64,000 nt of DNA from Tubiluchus corallicola (GCA_030141605.1 JAQGDQ010000255.1:119746-183745), one strand, 5' to 3'; numbered from the stretch's first letter, positions 11,951 through 26,870 are shown. Numbers and translations: made by a program. Notes: generated by a model from the letters alone, not told the origin.

Positions 11951-13550
11951 GTAAGAGTTGAGGTCCTTAAACGTTTTCTGTAAAAGCTGTGCGAGTGATA
12001 AATTATGACAACGTGACATGAGCAGACGGCAGAGATTCGCAGGCTCTTCAAACTATTGAAACTGTGTTGCGGGAAAACCTTTTAAACGCTTATTAATTTG
12101 CGATAATGAAAACCAGTATGCCTAGTTATACTGACAATAATTTTCTTTTGTGAATAAAAAATATGAAAACCAAAAGGCGCTATTGATTTTTACCAATAAG
12201 TCACCTTCTGTTGTTTGTAGACGCAAGACTTCTTTGCTTTTATAAATGCGCAGTACTTAGAAACGGAATTATGATTTGAAATTATCTGAACATGATTTAG
12301 CACAGTTTAACATTTCAGTTTCTAAGCAAAATTAAGTAAAGTGTGTTGTAGTTTGTATTAGGCATAAATAAAAATGTCATAAAATCATGATAATTGGATT
12401 TTATATAAACATTAAAAATCTAATAACTGCGGAAGAAAATTAAAAATTAATATTTCTATTTATATTTCTTTTTTAATATTCGCATTTTTATTAAAAATTT
12501 TATTTAATAAATCTCACAATAGCTAGAACAAAATTAGTTAATCTTAACTGATTTTCAGAAAATCCTTTCTTTTAATTATTATTAAATCAAACTGATATTA
12601 AATGTAGTTGTTTTTCGCCGAATAAGTCTGCATCATTGACTTTAGAAAAGTTTAGTTTCGAAGATAAAATTTTCATTTTATAACCTGAAAAAAATGCATT
12701 TTTTTGCAAAGACTTCACATTTCTTTTAAACAACAATATCGTGTTTTACTTTCAAGTTCCAAAAAATTTAGTATTAAATGTAACTAATCGTAGTTTAAAA
12801 TATATTGAAGAAAGGTATAAAGAAACTGGACATTTTGAGGGCCTAAGTCAGTGGATCTTCACTGTACAATGAAGTATTTTTATTAGTTTGTTATGAAAAA
12901 ACAGATGGAATTCTGTTATACATTAATATAATGTAATTATATTATCTTATAATAAGATGGCTTTTTTTATGTTTTTGAGTTCTTGTTTATGATCAATTAC
13001 ATTTTATGATATTTTAAGAGTACAATTAATAAAAAAACAATACAGTAATCCTAATACATAACTAGAATAGTTATAGCGCTTTCTCACTTACTCAGGTTTA
13101 AAACATTTGTACTTTGAACATACATGAATAATATGTACCTATTTTACAAGAAATATCAAAGTCTATAATATTTTAGTGGAATTTTTCATTCGTTTTCTTA
13201 AATAGGTAAAAATAATTAATTACTAAATATGATTTTAAATTTTGATTCTCTTGCGTGTATTAATAAAACAAATTATATAAATCCTACAAACGTCACTAAA
13301 TAATTTTTAACACGTTTAAATATATTTTGTATAATTTATAAAAACTGTCTAAGTTTTCTAGAATTGTGCAAATAAAAATGAGTTATTTTTTGACATGTTT
13401 CAATCTTTTCTTGTTTTATAAGTATCGTCCAAAAATTCTGAACTTACATACAAAAAAGAACCGAGATGTTGCAAATTAAGAACTGATAATTAATGTTGAA
13501 GTTTTAATTACGATTACGTCACAAGTCGATCTATTTTTGCTGATTTTCAG

Positions 13551-13740
13551 AGAAACGTCGCTTATCAATGTGTGTTGGTTGCGGTTCACAAATACACGAT
13601 CAGTTTATTCTGCGTGTAGCTCCAGATCTAGAATGGCATGCTGCTTGTTTGAAATGTGCCGACTGTCACCAATTTCTTGACGAAACGTGTACGTGTTTTG
13701 TACGAGATGGCAAAACGTACTGTAAACGTGATTACGTACG
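13551..13740 (+). CDS. Isl: Islet exon 2 (LIM1)
   Basis: [70 protein letters not shown] acceptor, GTAAGT donor, 190 nt. Confidence 0.98.
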
Positions 13741-14183
13741 GTAAGTATACTTTGCTAATTGTTTCTGCCTCGTTAACGTCAGTAATACGTCAAGCGAACC
13801 GAAGCATCGACGTGCGCGCGCGCGCGCCGTCTATTCTAAAAAGTTTTATCAGACAGATGAAGAATGTAAAAATGAGTCAAAACATGCGTTATTTATTTCT
13901 ATACAATTAGATGATTTAACTTGTTTGCTTAGTTGTTGAAAGGAAATTCATTTTTTAATCAGAAAATCAATTCACGGGTGAAAATGATGCGTGCAAGAAA
14001 CATGCGTGGATGAAATAAAGCGTCAATATAGTGAATAAACTTGATTAAAATCAACAGAAAGAAAATAATCAACGACTAGTTACACAGTAGTCCGCATTTT
14101 TCCTTTGTTTCTTTGTGTGAAAATTTTCAGAATAGCAATAATAACACAATAAGCAGCTAAAATTATCGTTAATTTATATATCT

Positions 14184-15050
14184 AATTGGAATTTGAAGTA
14201 CATTGTCTTTACAGGGTACTTAAGGTCACATTTTAGCTGTTTCATCGACTAGATTATCGATTATTTATTTGCACTTATAAGACCTATATAAACCTCTAAT
14301 GAAGTGAAGGCCTGCTGTATAGATAATGTATACGCTTTTACTATTATTTATTTTATTTATAGATGCACACAAATGAGCAAATAAACAAGAAAAGTTAGTT
14401 TATTAAAATAAACGGTAAAAACTCGCAAGCTCATTTGTGATAATGTAAAAATTGTATTTGCAGAAATCTCTTATAGTAAATACAGTGTCATAGCTATTTA
14501 TGTTACATTGAGTAGTTTGCCAGGTGTAAAAGCTTAAATTAGTTTGAATAAATTAATAACACAATGATCACAACCATAATCACACCTACATTTCTTTAAA
14601 TATTTAGCTTTGTTCAGCCTTAATAATATGGCACATAAGGTACCTTGCATTTGTTATTATTCTTATTATATTTATTAATATAAAGAAATACTTTGGTATA
14701 CACCTGGCAAACTACTCAATGTAACATAAATAGCTATGACACTGTATTTACTATAAGAGATTTCTGCAAATACAATTTTTACATTATCACAAATGAACAA
14801 ATGAGCTTGCGAGTTTTTACCGTTTATTTAATTAACTAACTTTTATTGTTTATTTGCTCATTTGTGTGCATCTATAAATAAAATAAATAATAGTAAAAGC
14901 GTATACATTATCTATACAGCAGGCCTTCACTGCATTAGAGGTTTATATAGGTCTTATAAGTGCAAATAAATAATCTATAATCTAGTCGATGAAACAGCTA
15001 AAATGTGACCTTAAGTACCCTGTAAAGACAATGTAGTTAAAATTCCAATT
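14184..15050. repeat. Long inverted repeat / foldback (arms ~14184-14528 and ~14699-15050, ~170-bp spacer)
   Basis: Arms are near-perfect reverse complements (e.g. TACATTGTCTTTACAGGGTACTTAAGGTCACATTTTAGCTG vs CAGCTAAAATGTGACCTTAAGTACCCTGTAAAGACAATGTA), flanked by TA runs. Confidence 0.97.
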
Positions 15051-18000
15051 TTATATATATATATATATATATTCTTACTGGGTGAATATTAATCATCTAT
15101 TTAATGAACAAAATAAAAAAATGTTGCGAAGAATATCAACTGTTAAAACAAATACGCGATGCAGTTGACATAAATTGTTTTTTGATATAAATAAGCTTTC
15201 TATGGCATTGAATTCTTTAGCGAAAGAATCTCAACTTTAATAATAATGTGATGAGATAATATTTTCAAAATACTGCAATGATAAAAGAAATTTCTTTGCA
15301 CACAGATTTGTCTTTAAAGAAAAAGATTACAGTCGCATTTAATGAATTATACTATAATTGCGCAGTGGTGCAAATGAATTATTTCACACTGTTGGTCCTG
15401 TCACTATAATGAATTAATAATCATATGTGCATTGTCAAACAGGGTAATTTATTTGTAACTTAGCAACAAGTGAGATATTTATTTTATTTGGCAATATTAT
15501 AACTAAAGTCTGGTGCGCTAAATAATGTGTAGCATACTGTATGAAATGCTATCTAATATATAGTGTAAAATGCAGTGAGTAGTGAATGATGATGCACTGT
15601 TTGGTGCAGTGTCTCACCTGGTGCAGCAGTATGTGGTGGTGCTGGTGTGGCGACAGTGGCGCAGCGTATGGCTACTGTTTGCAGAAAAATGTACTGCCAG
15701 GTTAATACAAAAAAGCCAGACATTATTATGTTGAATGCTTAAATGTTCTGGAATAAAACTTCTGCAAAAAACACACAATTGCAAACATACATTGTGAAGT
15801 GTGGTGTGGTGCGAGGTGCCAGTGAGCCGGGTAATGGTGTAGAACTGTTTTGGTTAGAACGTGGTGCGAATCTGATGCTGCAATGACACCATGAACAGGC
15901 CACTTAGCGAGAAATTAGGAATTTTTTTGTTGAGCTATATACATAATTATTTAGTATTATGCTCTTACGTACATACGACTGTTTTTAATACTTTTTTTGT
16001 ATTCAGGCATTTGCACTTTGAGCTTTGCCTCGTATCTGTGGCATCTTCGTTTCCAAAATGTTGCCTAATTTGATTACCCGCAATTTTATCTATAACATCA
16101 TCATTACTGCCTAGCCAGCCATTTCACTGTGCGGACATTACGCGCGCTATGCTTCACAGAGCACCTCCAACAATTTTCTCAACCAATTCTATGTAGCAGG
16201 CAGCTTGCAATTATTAATAATTAAGGTGATGCTTTTGATACTGTATAGTATGAACGCAAGTCTTGCTTTGAAAACTCCACACGGGCGCTGACAGCATTAT
16301 TTTACTGCATAGACGCCCAAATGTTTGCTTTGTTACGTAAGAACACGGGTGGTGGGTTAATTAAATTATTCACTCACTCCACGCTAGGGCATCGGTTTTC
16401 TTTCTTGACTAACTTAAAATCCATCCCTAAACGCAGAAAAATAAATCTTCTCGACCTTCTAGGATTTCCCAGACTAGACGATTCCCATTTTGGGACACGA
16501 AATTTGTGTTTATAATGTAATTTGGCAGCCATTATGCCTACAGTATAACATGACAGTAAATCATTGAGATTCGTGGATTTCAATTACTGGGTAACATGGC
16601 CTCTTCAGTTGATTTATTGGATGCAACACATACCAACGTTTATATTAGCTGGCAACAATGAGTAACTGTGCGTTGGTAGAAGTCTGTTATCTAACGTGTA
16701 ATAGATTTCCGAAATTATTTAAACGTGCAGCCATTATTGACATATAAATTTAATATTATCGTGCTGTCATCATCTGCGTACATTTAGCACAAGTTGAAAC
16801 AAACGGAGCCAAAATAAGTTAGTCAAAAGTAATTAGAAAAGTTATAAATTTGGTTTCTCGCCACGTATAAATCTAAAAAATTTGCTCAGGTTTTTCAGCA
16901 AAGTAATACATACACATAATTGTTATAATATGCATATATACGTATATGCATACATACATACATAAATAGTATATACATAAATGATATATAATTATTTTTT
17001 GACAGATAGGTGCATAACAAAAAAATTTTTTAGGACATATACCTATTAGTGTCTGGTTAGTGCATGTAAATATTTTTACTGATTTTTGTAGGTTATTAAT
17101 TTTTTTATCTCAGAATCTGTTCACTCTTTAAGTTACAATACTTAAAAATCGGTGTAATTGTATTCAGTCTAAACATTTTAATTTTAGAAAAGCAGCTCAC
17201 TTTAAGCTACAACAGTTCTGAATAAATTTGTTTACATTTATGCTGCTCTGTCGTTAAAATTTGAATGTTTTTAAAATTAAAAGAATTTTTGGATTAAGCT
17301 AAAGTCAAATAATGACAATAATAGTAGGTATTACAAGGGATTTACAGTGTTTAACTATTTCTTCAAAATTCCTTTATTAGTATCTTCAAAATTTCTTTAC
17401 AAATTTTTATTTATGTACTTTATTATATTGTATTTTATTATTTACATTTTTCCAATTTGCCAATATGTATCGAGTTTGCATATTATTTCAAATTATTTTA
17501 TAGCAATTAAGTGAAATTATACATGCTTATGATTTCAAAATCATTATCTGTTAGCATCGTTGTACGAAAATTTTAATGGAAAAAGGTTCTTAAATAGTCA
17601 AAATTAAATTTGAAGCATTACTCCAACACTTTAATGGAATCGTGTCTTTGTCGTATATAGACGGGCACTAGGAGACCAGGACAGCCTAAATGGCTTCTTC
17701 ATAATGTAATTATCACGTCAGCCGATATGACCAGGTGAAATTGGTCGCACGAATCTTTCCCGCTAGCCGCTGAAGTCACAAGTAGTCAATTTCACGTCAA
17801 CTGACATTCATGACATACGACAGACGTGAATAATTGTGTCAGCGTTGCAGTGATACGTTTTGTCGTGCAGTGTAGTGTGAACACGGCTTTACTATTCTAA
17901 AAAACTCAAATATATTGATTTACACTGACTATTTCTAAACAATGCAATCTGAATGAAAAATTATTAATTTTTTTTAAAATGAAGATGTTTTGAATAGCGT

Positions 18001-19389
18001 CCCATTTCAATACTTTCGTGAAAATCGTTGATTTTATGATAAATTCATTTTAGATTGTGTCAGCTTTCATAGGCCCTGCCATTCTTCATATTGTGCGATT
18101 CTTATCACAAAAATATTTAGCTTTTGATTATTGATTTGGAGTCTAGACAAATACATGTTTTGCATCCAGATAGTTTTATAATTTCCAATTTGTAGTTGTG
18201 AAGCTGAACGTCTCTTTAATGCAAGATCATGTTTTGGTTATCAAAAACTGCTTGTGCCTGGTGCAAAGTTATGTCGTTTGTACATTTGTTTGTTGTCCTA
18301 CGTGAACAACCAAGGTTCATTTCATACGAGTTAATAAACTTTTATTCAGCAAATGTTTCTTTTTCGGTTTCAGCGAAGAAGTTTTATGTTTGGCAGTTGG
18401 CTTATTCCAAGCACATTAGAAATGTAGTTGCGTGATTTGTTTTAATTAATTTAATTCAGTTTAATTTAAAAATAAAAGGTGTTTAAACACTTAGTTATAA
18501 TAAGATCTTTAGATCAAAGTATGTGTTTGAACATTTCTGAGCCTGATTAAGTTGTTGTCTTTGAATAACTTTCTCACACTGATTAAAAAATTTCACTTTT
18601 TTCTCTTGATTCTCACACTGTTTGCCTCTTTTTTTCCCAGTGTATGAATTCTTTCCAGTTTGTGTTGCTGGTTAAAATGGGGTCATTAATGTACATTAAT
18701 CAATCTTGCAATAAACTTTCCAACTTGTAGCCCACATCAATCTTCCATAAACGTCAGGGCATAACAGAGCCAGAACTGTACGCGTACAAATTTTCTCGTA
18801 TCCCCTTTCTAAACAAATTCCCGGGGAAGCCAGGGATGGGGGAAAGCTGCAAGTGCATCAGCTAGCTCCGCCGGAACGGCCCGCTTGTCCGGTTATGCAA
18901 CTCGGGTTTCGGAGCGGAGACGCGCGGACGGAAACGCGACCGAATCGCAAATAAACACAACGGAATGACGGGATGGATTGAATCGGTAATGACAAGCATT
19001 AAACAATGTTGTAAAAGTTGCTGAAATATTGAATGGGGATGAGACACTGCAGAATGACAAGAACGAGCATTTTCAGGATTTAGAATTTATTCGTTTGACA
19101 ATAAAAGCTGACACTGAAGAAGCGCAAATTCTGATGAAGCGCATGGCCAAGCCAAATGCAGGCGTTTTTTCAGAAGAATGAATTTTTAAGCATTTTATTA
19201 CCGTCATTAACGTTCAGTTTTTTAAATGTTGTTTAATAAACGAGCGAAATGTTTAAGCTAATTCTAAATTTGTAAAGGAATTTAAGAAATGTAATGTAAT
19301 GTTGTCAATGTAATTGCTCTTTATTGTTCAAAGCTCAGTAATGTTCATTGTTAACTGCAGTGACTAATCAATTATTTCCATAGTTCTTG

Positions 19390-19500
19390 GTGATGACGAT
19401 GATGACGACGACGGCGACGATGATTATTATTATGATGATGACGATGACGATGATGATGATTATGATTATGATGACGATGATGATGACGATGATGATAACG
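19390..19500. repeat. (GAT/GAC)n trinucleotide microsatellite
   Basis: Directly visible. Confidence 0.9.
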
Positions 19501-20322
19501 AATCATTATAATTCACTATGTACAGAATACATTCCCTCTATTTGTAGGGAAGAGGAGGTTGAGGTGGTGGAGGTAGACCATCGGTTATAAAATACTATCG
19601 TAATTTTTATCTAAAATAATGTCTAAAATTCTTTTTAATTAAAGTAAAGCTTACGTTTGCAAAATCAAGGTTTACATTTCTTCGATTGCGAAAAATTCCT
19701 TGTTAATTAACTCACTTTGCACATGGTGACGATACTACAAAATGCTTGTCTGCTCTTGATTTTTAATGTATTTAGTATTTCAAATATTTTTTGTTCAACA
19801 ATTAAGTATGTCACAAGGTTTTCCGTTCCGCCTGTCCTGCCCATTATTTTTTCTCCTGTTACAGTTCACAGTTCTACAGTCTATTGCATACCTACTTCAT
19901 CACTCTAATTGAAATTTGGCGAATAATAATGTACAGTTTTGTTAATATATCATCTGGGAATATTATTAAGCAGAGCGTTGACTGTGAAAACTGCTAACTA
20001 TCATCGAGGGAGTTTGATTCAACACGCAATGCGATGAGAGTAGACTTTCAAATAGCGATTTGGTTTTGCCGGCTTGATTTTGTAAAGGCAAGGTCATAGA
20101 CTGTGCGCTTTGTGGCTTAATAATCGATGGCAAATGGTTCGCTAGGCTTTGCAAGAATAGGGAAAGAAACGAATGTTTGGAAAGGACAGCAAATGACGCT
20201 AAATTTTGAATGAAAAACATACCATACGTCAGAATGATGTATTCAGTTCGTCTAGTTCAAGAAAAACTAAAATATTTGACAGAGGACGGAGAAAGACCTA
20301 GTGTGGCTATGTGTATGAGAGG

Positions 20323-20447
<125 letters not shown>

Positions 20448-20571
20448 ACCCAGAAAAACACAAACCAATGATCAAAAATTTAAGTGCGAGTAACACCCAG
20501 ATGAAATTACAATTACTATTGCTTACTAGCTATAATTACGTCAGTGTCTGAATTCTTCTGTTTCCTTTCAG

Positions 20572-20822
20572 ACTATTTGGGACCAAGTGTGCAAAGTGCG
20601 GACTAGGCTTTACAAAAAATGATTTTGTTATGAGAGCGAGAAACAAGATCTACCATATTGACTGTTTTCGGTGTGTAGCCTGCAGTCGTCAACTGATGCC
20701 GGGTGACGAATTCGCATTACGGGAAGACGGGTTATTCTGCAAAGCTGATCACGACGTAGTCGAGCGAGCCCAGTCGGAAACAGGCGTCATGAGTCCAGGA
20801 TCCGACAGAATGGTTACTATAG
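20572..20822 (+). CDS. Isl: Islet exon 3 (LIM2)
   Basis: [65 protein letters not shown]... TTTCAG acceptor, G|GTAAAT donor. Confidence 0.98.
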
Positions 20823-22583
20823 GTAAATATTACAAATAAGTGCATGAGCTCGTGTGACCTTAATTACTCCTCATATTAGTGCAGCTTCGCCCACAAACCG
20901 TGTATAACTCTATGCTTTGTAGAAATATAGAGATATAGAATTAGAGCTACGGCTTTGCTAGTTTAATTTTAGAAACACTAGATTAGATAAATCGTAGATT
21001 AACATAAAGGCTTAACCCATTACGTGTAGCCATTTGTGTAGCTTTCAGAAATATTAGATTTCGTTAAAATCGAGTATTCATTTCATTTCAAGTTTATTTG
21101 CCTTGCACAGTTCAAGAAAAAAGGTTTGCATAAATATGGTCAGTTCAAATGAAAATGACCAAAAAGGGACGAGGTGACGAAAGGTCACCTAAGAGGTTGT
21201 ATTGGTTTCATTGACCAATATAGCTTTACGTATATAGCATATACAAAACCGTTATTATTAACAATTGTCACAATACCAATTCAAAAATGTCGCTGGTTAT
21301 GTTATTGTTTAATTCTTTTGGAAAAACTCAAGTAATCAAAATAAATTCTTTTAAATAAAACAAAAATGTTATTTAAGCGAAAGGTAATCGTGAAATTAGC
21401 TGCTTAGGAAAAATAAGATTAAATTTCAGACCAATCACACTCTTCAACCAAAGATCTCCTGTTACTATGTCCCCACTTTGATATATTTACTACGCTAACA
21501 ATCTTTATGCTAATAATAGCATTTACACAATTTTAATGTAGTGATAATTATGTTCGTGTTCATCAGGCGCGTAGTACTTCTACCGGCAGCAGAGGAGCAT
21601 AATTAGTTAATATGTGTTTACATAGCCCATAAATGGTGTTTAAGCCCAACGCGTAATTATAGCAAAAGCGTAGGATGCGGTAATGAAATTTTCAGATTGA
21701 TTAATTAATGTTCCTAATTAATGCGTTAATCACGTGTTTGGATAAGACTGTTTTGGAGAAATGTTTTCTGCTTAACATCTGTCGCGTCCTGCAAATCTTT
21801 AATTGGTATGAAATGCTGATTTGTTTATATTTCTAATAAAAAAATTATGAAATTAAAATTAAGCTTAATGTATTGCAATATTAAATTTAATTTGAAATGA
21901 TTCTTTTTGTTAAAACACTCACTGCTTTGTATTAGAAAATAATAAGGCTGGAGAGGCCAGAGATTACTTCATCAAAATTAGCAAACAAAAATCAGCATTT
22001 TAACCAAAATTCATTTGATTTCCTACCTGTACGAATCCAGTGAAAACATTATTTTACAAGAGTCTTTAGAACAGTGTTAGCCAAAAAATCTAGTTTTGTA
22101 GGATGGATTATCAATTTGAGCGCCTATCATTTTTATGAGATTCTAAACCGTTTTAAACCAGAAAAAAACGCTCATATAAGAGAAGAATGTTTTTGCTATC
22201 GTCTCGGATTTTTCAGTATATGTCTTTCAATGAGAAGTTTGTGTTTTTAAATTCGTCACAAGATGTAGAAGTTATTATAAAAAATTGATGCTAGATTGGT
22301 CTAGAAAATTTTTGAAAACGGACCTGCCTGAGATAATTCAGAACAAATGTGATTGATTAACTGATTGAATAATTTTAGGATAATAATTTTATGATATTAA
22401 GACATTTCTACATTTGTGTGTTGCTCTAGTATGTGCGTTTGTGTTTGAACCATTACACCACATACATCAGTTTTCTTTGTATTGTAGTATCATGTTCCTT
22501 GTTTTTGATCTTTAGTATATACGTTTTTTGCATTCTGTTCTACGGTTCAATAAACAATTCATTCACATTTTTAACACTTTCAG

Positions 22584-22849
22584 GTCACAGCAGCGGGCCA
22601 CGCGGTCGGGGCAACTCACACAAAGCGGAAAAGACTACGCGAGTGAGAACAGTTTTAAATGAAAAACAGCTACACACGTTACGGACTTGTTATAACGCGA
22701 ATCCGCGACCGGACGCGCTCATGAAGGAACAGCTGGTCGAAATGACCGGACTGAGTCCGCGCGTCATTCGGGTTTGGTTCCAAAATAAGAGGTGCAAGGA
22801 TAAAAAACGCAGCATCTTGATGAAGCAGATTCAGGAATCACAAACCAAG
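22584..22849 (+). CDS. Isl: Islet exon 4 (homeodomain)
   Basis: ...[67 protein letters not shown] is the diagnostic Islet homeodomain. AAG|GTAAAG donor. Confidence 0.99.
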
Positions 22850-24197
22850 GTAAAGTTTTGTCGTCTGTGATTAGCTGACTGCTTATGCTTATAAAGTACA
22901 CATAAATGACGAGTTAACGATAGCTTAGTGGTCACGTTGTGTAGCTGCAAAGTTAAACAGCATTAGATCTGGTAGTATGAGCAGAATTTCCCGGTAGTTC
23001 TTATGATGTAGTTATTTTATGAACTAGCAGTTGAAAATCTTTAAAAAATTTGAGGTGAGAAAATTTCTCTTTCGTGGTTTCAGTTTCAGTGTAAAAATAG
23101 AAGATAATAGACCATAGCAAAAAATAATTACTTACTAATTAATTAATTAATTAATTAATTAAAAAGCAAGAGGAAAATCTGGTATATTTAAGCACACTAA
23201 ACATTGACGTTACAGATAAGCACTTTATACCGAATTCAAATTTTAGCAATAGTGAGAGTGTTAATAATTTAATATGCCTCAATTTTTAGACCTATTATTA
23301 CCTATTGGGTTTTTAGGCATACATCTATTTTGCCACCTTGACTAATATTCTGCAGTTAACTACACAGTAGCAAAGTATATTTTTAATTTATAGGCAGCTT
23401 TTGAACTTCACTGCCTTGAGTTGTAAAATTGCAAATGATTGTGCATGTACGGGTGTGTTGAGAACAAGCAAATGAAAGCAAAACTGCAATTGAAAAATGA
23501 CTCTTGCGAATGTCATCAATTTTATGATTTATGTTGCGAGGAGGCATAGAGGCGTTTTTGCGTAACGAGTTGCAGTCCATATTGAACGAGTTGAGATGTA
23601 ATATAATGAACAAACTCAGCTAACTTGCACAGTGTGACAGGAACTATAACTACATGCATTGCGCTTGCGACGTATAGTTTAAACTTGAATATGAAAATGT
23701 TAAAATTGAAATTAGTCTTAACTTTGATCGAGAGTTTTGACAATCAATGTTAGCTAAGTTGATATCCTTTTTACAGCAAATTTATGCTGTATTGTAGAAC
23801 AACCTTTTCTTCGAAGAAATATTGTTCCAATAGAAATTCATGGTTACGGCTGAAATGTTTAATCAGGTTGCAAAACGTGCAATTCTGGCGTGCACCTGTT
23901 TCTTAATTGGGCACAATTTTTAGGTCGCATATCTGTGCAGAACCCAAGTGCGTTAGTCAAAGATTGTTTTATTATTCTCACCGTAGTAATATGCGGGTAC
24001 CTATAGCTTCTGACTGTGACTTATTGGTAAGCCCAAACGAAAAATGAATACTGTCTGTGTTGGTTAATATTCTGGTAGGTCATTATTATATGTTGGTTAG
24101 AGCCAAATTAGGTCTGTGCCACGATTTCTAGGCTCGAGGATTATAGGGCAGCGTAAAATGTTCTACATTTCATGTAAGTCTGTATAATGAATCGAAG

Positions 24198-24266
24198 TGT
24201 TCTACTGCGCAGCCGCAAAGACTGTTGTTCACTGCGCAGATACAACAACATTGTTCTACTGCGCAG
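24198..24266. repeat. Three spaced copies of TGTTCTACTGCGCAG
   Basis: Visible at about 24198, 24226 (one base missing) and 24252. Confidence 0.7.
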
Positions 24267-24881
24267 GCAATTTGTCTCAACTCTATAGACCTACGTGCAC
24301 ACTTTGCTCTGTATTGTGGATTTGCATTTTAGCCCTTGTCTTTCTGTGCTAATTATAATAGCTGTTATGATATAAGAATTAATTCATAATATAACCATCG
24401 ACGCGATCCAACTACTACCAGAGCCAGCTTTTCATCGCTTTCTGTCTGTTTATGAGCAGAAATCAGCATTTTTCACGCTAACCGCTGTGTTCAATGGTTT
24501 CTCAAAGCTAACTGTTTAGAACTGTAACAAAGACAGTTATTTCTGCTATAACGGGATTCGTGTCTGCACTATTTTTCTACACGTTTGGTGGAAACGTGCT
24601 TTTAGAAATTTGAGGAAATTAATGTTTGGCGTGTGAATAGGCGGTGGTATTGCACCGCGCGGAATGTAAACCATGGCAGACAGTCACCGAGCACGCATCA
24701 AATCATGAGCCACACAGCCAATATTAACTAAACATTGTTCAACTTTAATAAGCCATTGTGGATACTTAATAGACTGAATCAGCGGCAACTACAGTCCGTT
24801 AGGTGACAGCAAGTATGAAATTGTATAGGTCATTTTGATTGCGATATCGTAATAAATTAACCATGGACCTCTATGTTTTAA

Positions 24882-25155
24882 GTTGTTGTTGTTGTTGTTG
24901 TTGCGCTTGCTGCTGCTGTTGCTGTTGCTGCTATTGTTGTTGTTGATGTAGCTGCTGCTCTGTTGCTGTTGCCGTTGTTCTTTCATAATGATGGCGATGG
25001 TAATGGTAATGCCTAGTGATGGTGATGATGCTTGTAAAGGTGATGATGATGACGACGACGTCGAGGATGATGACGTCGATGGTGATGACAAGGATGGTAA
25101 TCACGATGATGTGATGCTGGTGATGATAATGATGATGATCATGACAATGATGAGT
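24882..25155. repeat. Compound (GTT/GCT)n and (GAT)n low-complexity tract
   Basis: Directly visible. Confidence 0.9.
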
Positions 25156-26438
25156 GTTAATCAGCATACTCCGTCTCATCGTTATTGCTGTTATAACCAT
25201 ATTATTCTCACCGCCATAACCATCACCAGCGTATGAAGGTGCAGTCCAACATGCAGTGCTACTCAAGCTAGATCCTTTGGTGATGTTGAACTATCTTAAC
25301 AAAATCATAAACTGTCTGTAGCGGCTGTCAGTTCACTGCTACTGTCTCTGCATAACATAAGCGTTGTCTCTGTGACTAGAATCTTGATAAGTCACTTAGT
25401 AAATTGATGCAGGCCCGTTGGCTGAAGTACAGCCTCTCTCCTGGGAGTACTTGGCTTCACGTTATACACGCGTGCAAAATCATTGGCTTTCAATTCGATG
25501 AAACTTTCATAATTTATCTCGCGAGAAAACGTGATTGGCTGATTAATTTTTGTACCCAGTTTTGGCTTCCTTTGGTCGTTAGCGACAAGAACAGAAAAAA
25601 TGTTAACTAAGCAGACTTTCAGAACAGTAAAATATTTATAAATATTCAATTTTTATAAATATTTTTTAAAGTACTTGTCGCTAAACTTTTGAAATTTTTG
25701 TTGGCGTACATCAAATCCAGGTTTATTTATTTAATTATTTATTTAAGCTTAGTATATAACTGTTATTAGAACAGTTATTTTAATTCAACCAATCATATTT
25801 ATAAGAAAACTAAACATTTATCAGGGCTTATTATTATTATATTTATTTGTGCACACCTGTGTTTTCTACGTAGTTTGGCCCTCTGTAAGCCAGGATCCAA
25901 AATTTAACAGCAAGGCCTACTTAATGTGCATGCTGGTAACAGGATCGGAATCTAGTTTATCATCGAATGGAATTCTCTAAAATGAAACATTGAACTGGCA
26001 GACATGTCTCAGCCACATTTAGATGTGTGTGCAATATACACGCATGTTGCCTTATGGAAATAAATAACTACACCCATACATTTGATGACAGGGTAAAGGC
26101 TGCATAACTTTAGTCGTTAAGTGCGCGCTCACTGACCAATCAGTGTTTTCACCCAATTCTTCGGTAAATGCTTGCCTACTTGTTTATTCATTTATAAACG
26201 TGTTCGAAATGTCTGTGGTAGGTGGGTTGATTGTATGCGCTGTATATAGTAGCGTGTTTTATTAATTTTTACGTAATATTATTTCTCTTATATTGTACGT
26301 TTTAATTACAGTTTGATATTTAGAGAAATTATGAAATAACGGTTTAAGTTCAATTCAACGTTATTTGCTCGTACGATGAAAACTTAATAAATAATACTCG
26401 CTTTGCATGTTATACTATGCCGACTTCAAATTTTATAG

Positions 26439-26633
26439 GATGGCCGTAGAGTTCCTGGTTTGGGCTCAATGCAAGGAGTGCCCATGGTTGCCTCAAGTCC
26501 TGTGAGGCACGAGGGTGGTATCCAGGCTAATCCAATCGAAGTGCAACAATATCAACAACCTCCCTGGCAGGCATTGAGTGAATTTGCGCTAAAAAGTGAA
26601 CTAGATCAACAACAGCCACCGTTTCAACAGTTG
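26439..26633 (+). CDS. Isl: Islet exon 5 (Lhx3/4-binding domain)
   Basis: [65 protein letters not shown] matches the ISL1 GTPMVAASPERH...[22 protein letters not shown] motif. GTGAGT donor. Confidence 0.97.
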
Positions 26634-26870
26634 GTGAGTTCATACTTCGTGGATGAATTCGATTTTCGTTGTTATGTTACTTTATTTATTAATACGTCAT
26701 TGGGAAATTGCACTAACTTTTGGTTAGGAAATTGTATATGACCACTTTTAAGTAGTTAACCTATGTATTTCTAAAATAGCGGCTCTCAGTGTAGACTACT
26801 TACATATTTGTTTTGAATGGCAGTGTAATATTAAGTGGAGTTGTTTAATGTTTACTTTATTTCCTACTTA

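Noticed and set aside
19110-19180. Hammerhead candidates at CTGAAGA/CTGATGA
   Set aside because: No downstream helix II-GAAA-helix III-UH arrangement. The other CTGANGA hits inspected failed in the same way.
22433-22583. Hydrophobic N-terminal extension of the homeodomain ORF
   Set aside because: Intronic T-rich sequence upstream of the acceptor at 22583, not part of the spliced CDS.
24789-25266. His/Asp/Ser/Asn-rich ORFs
   Set aside because: Trinucleotide low-complexity tract in Islet intron 4, with no splice or homology support.
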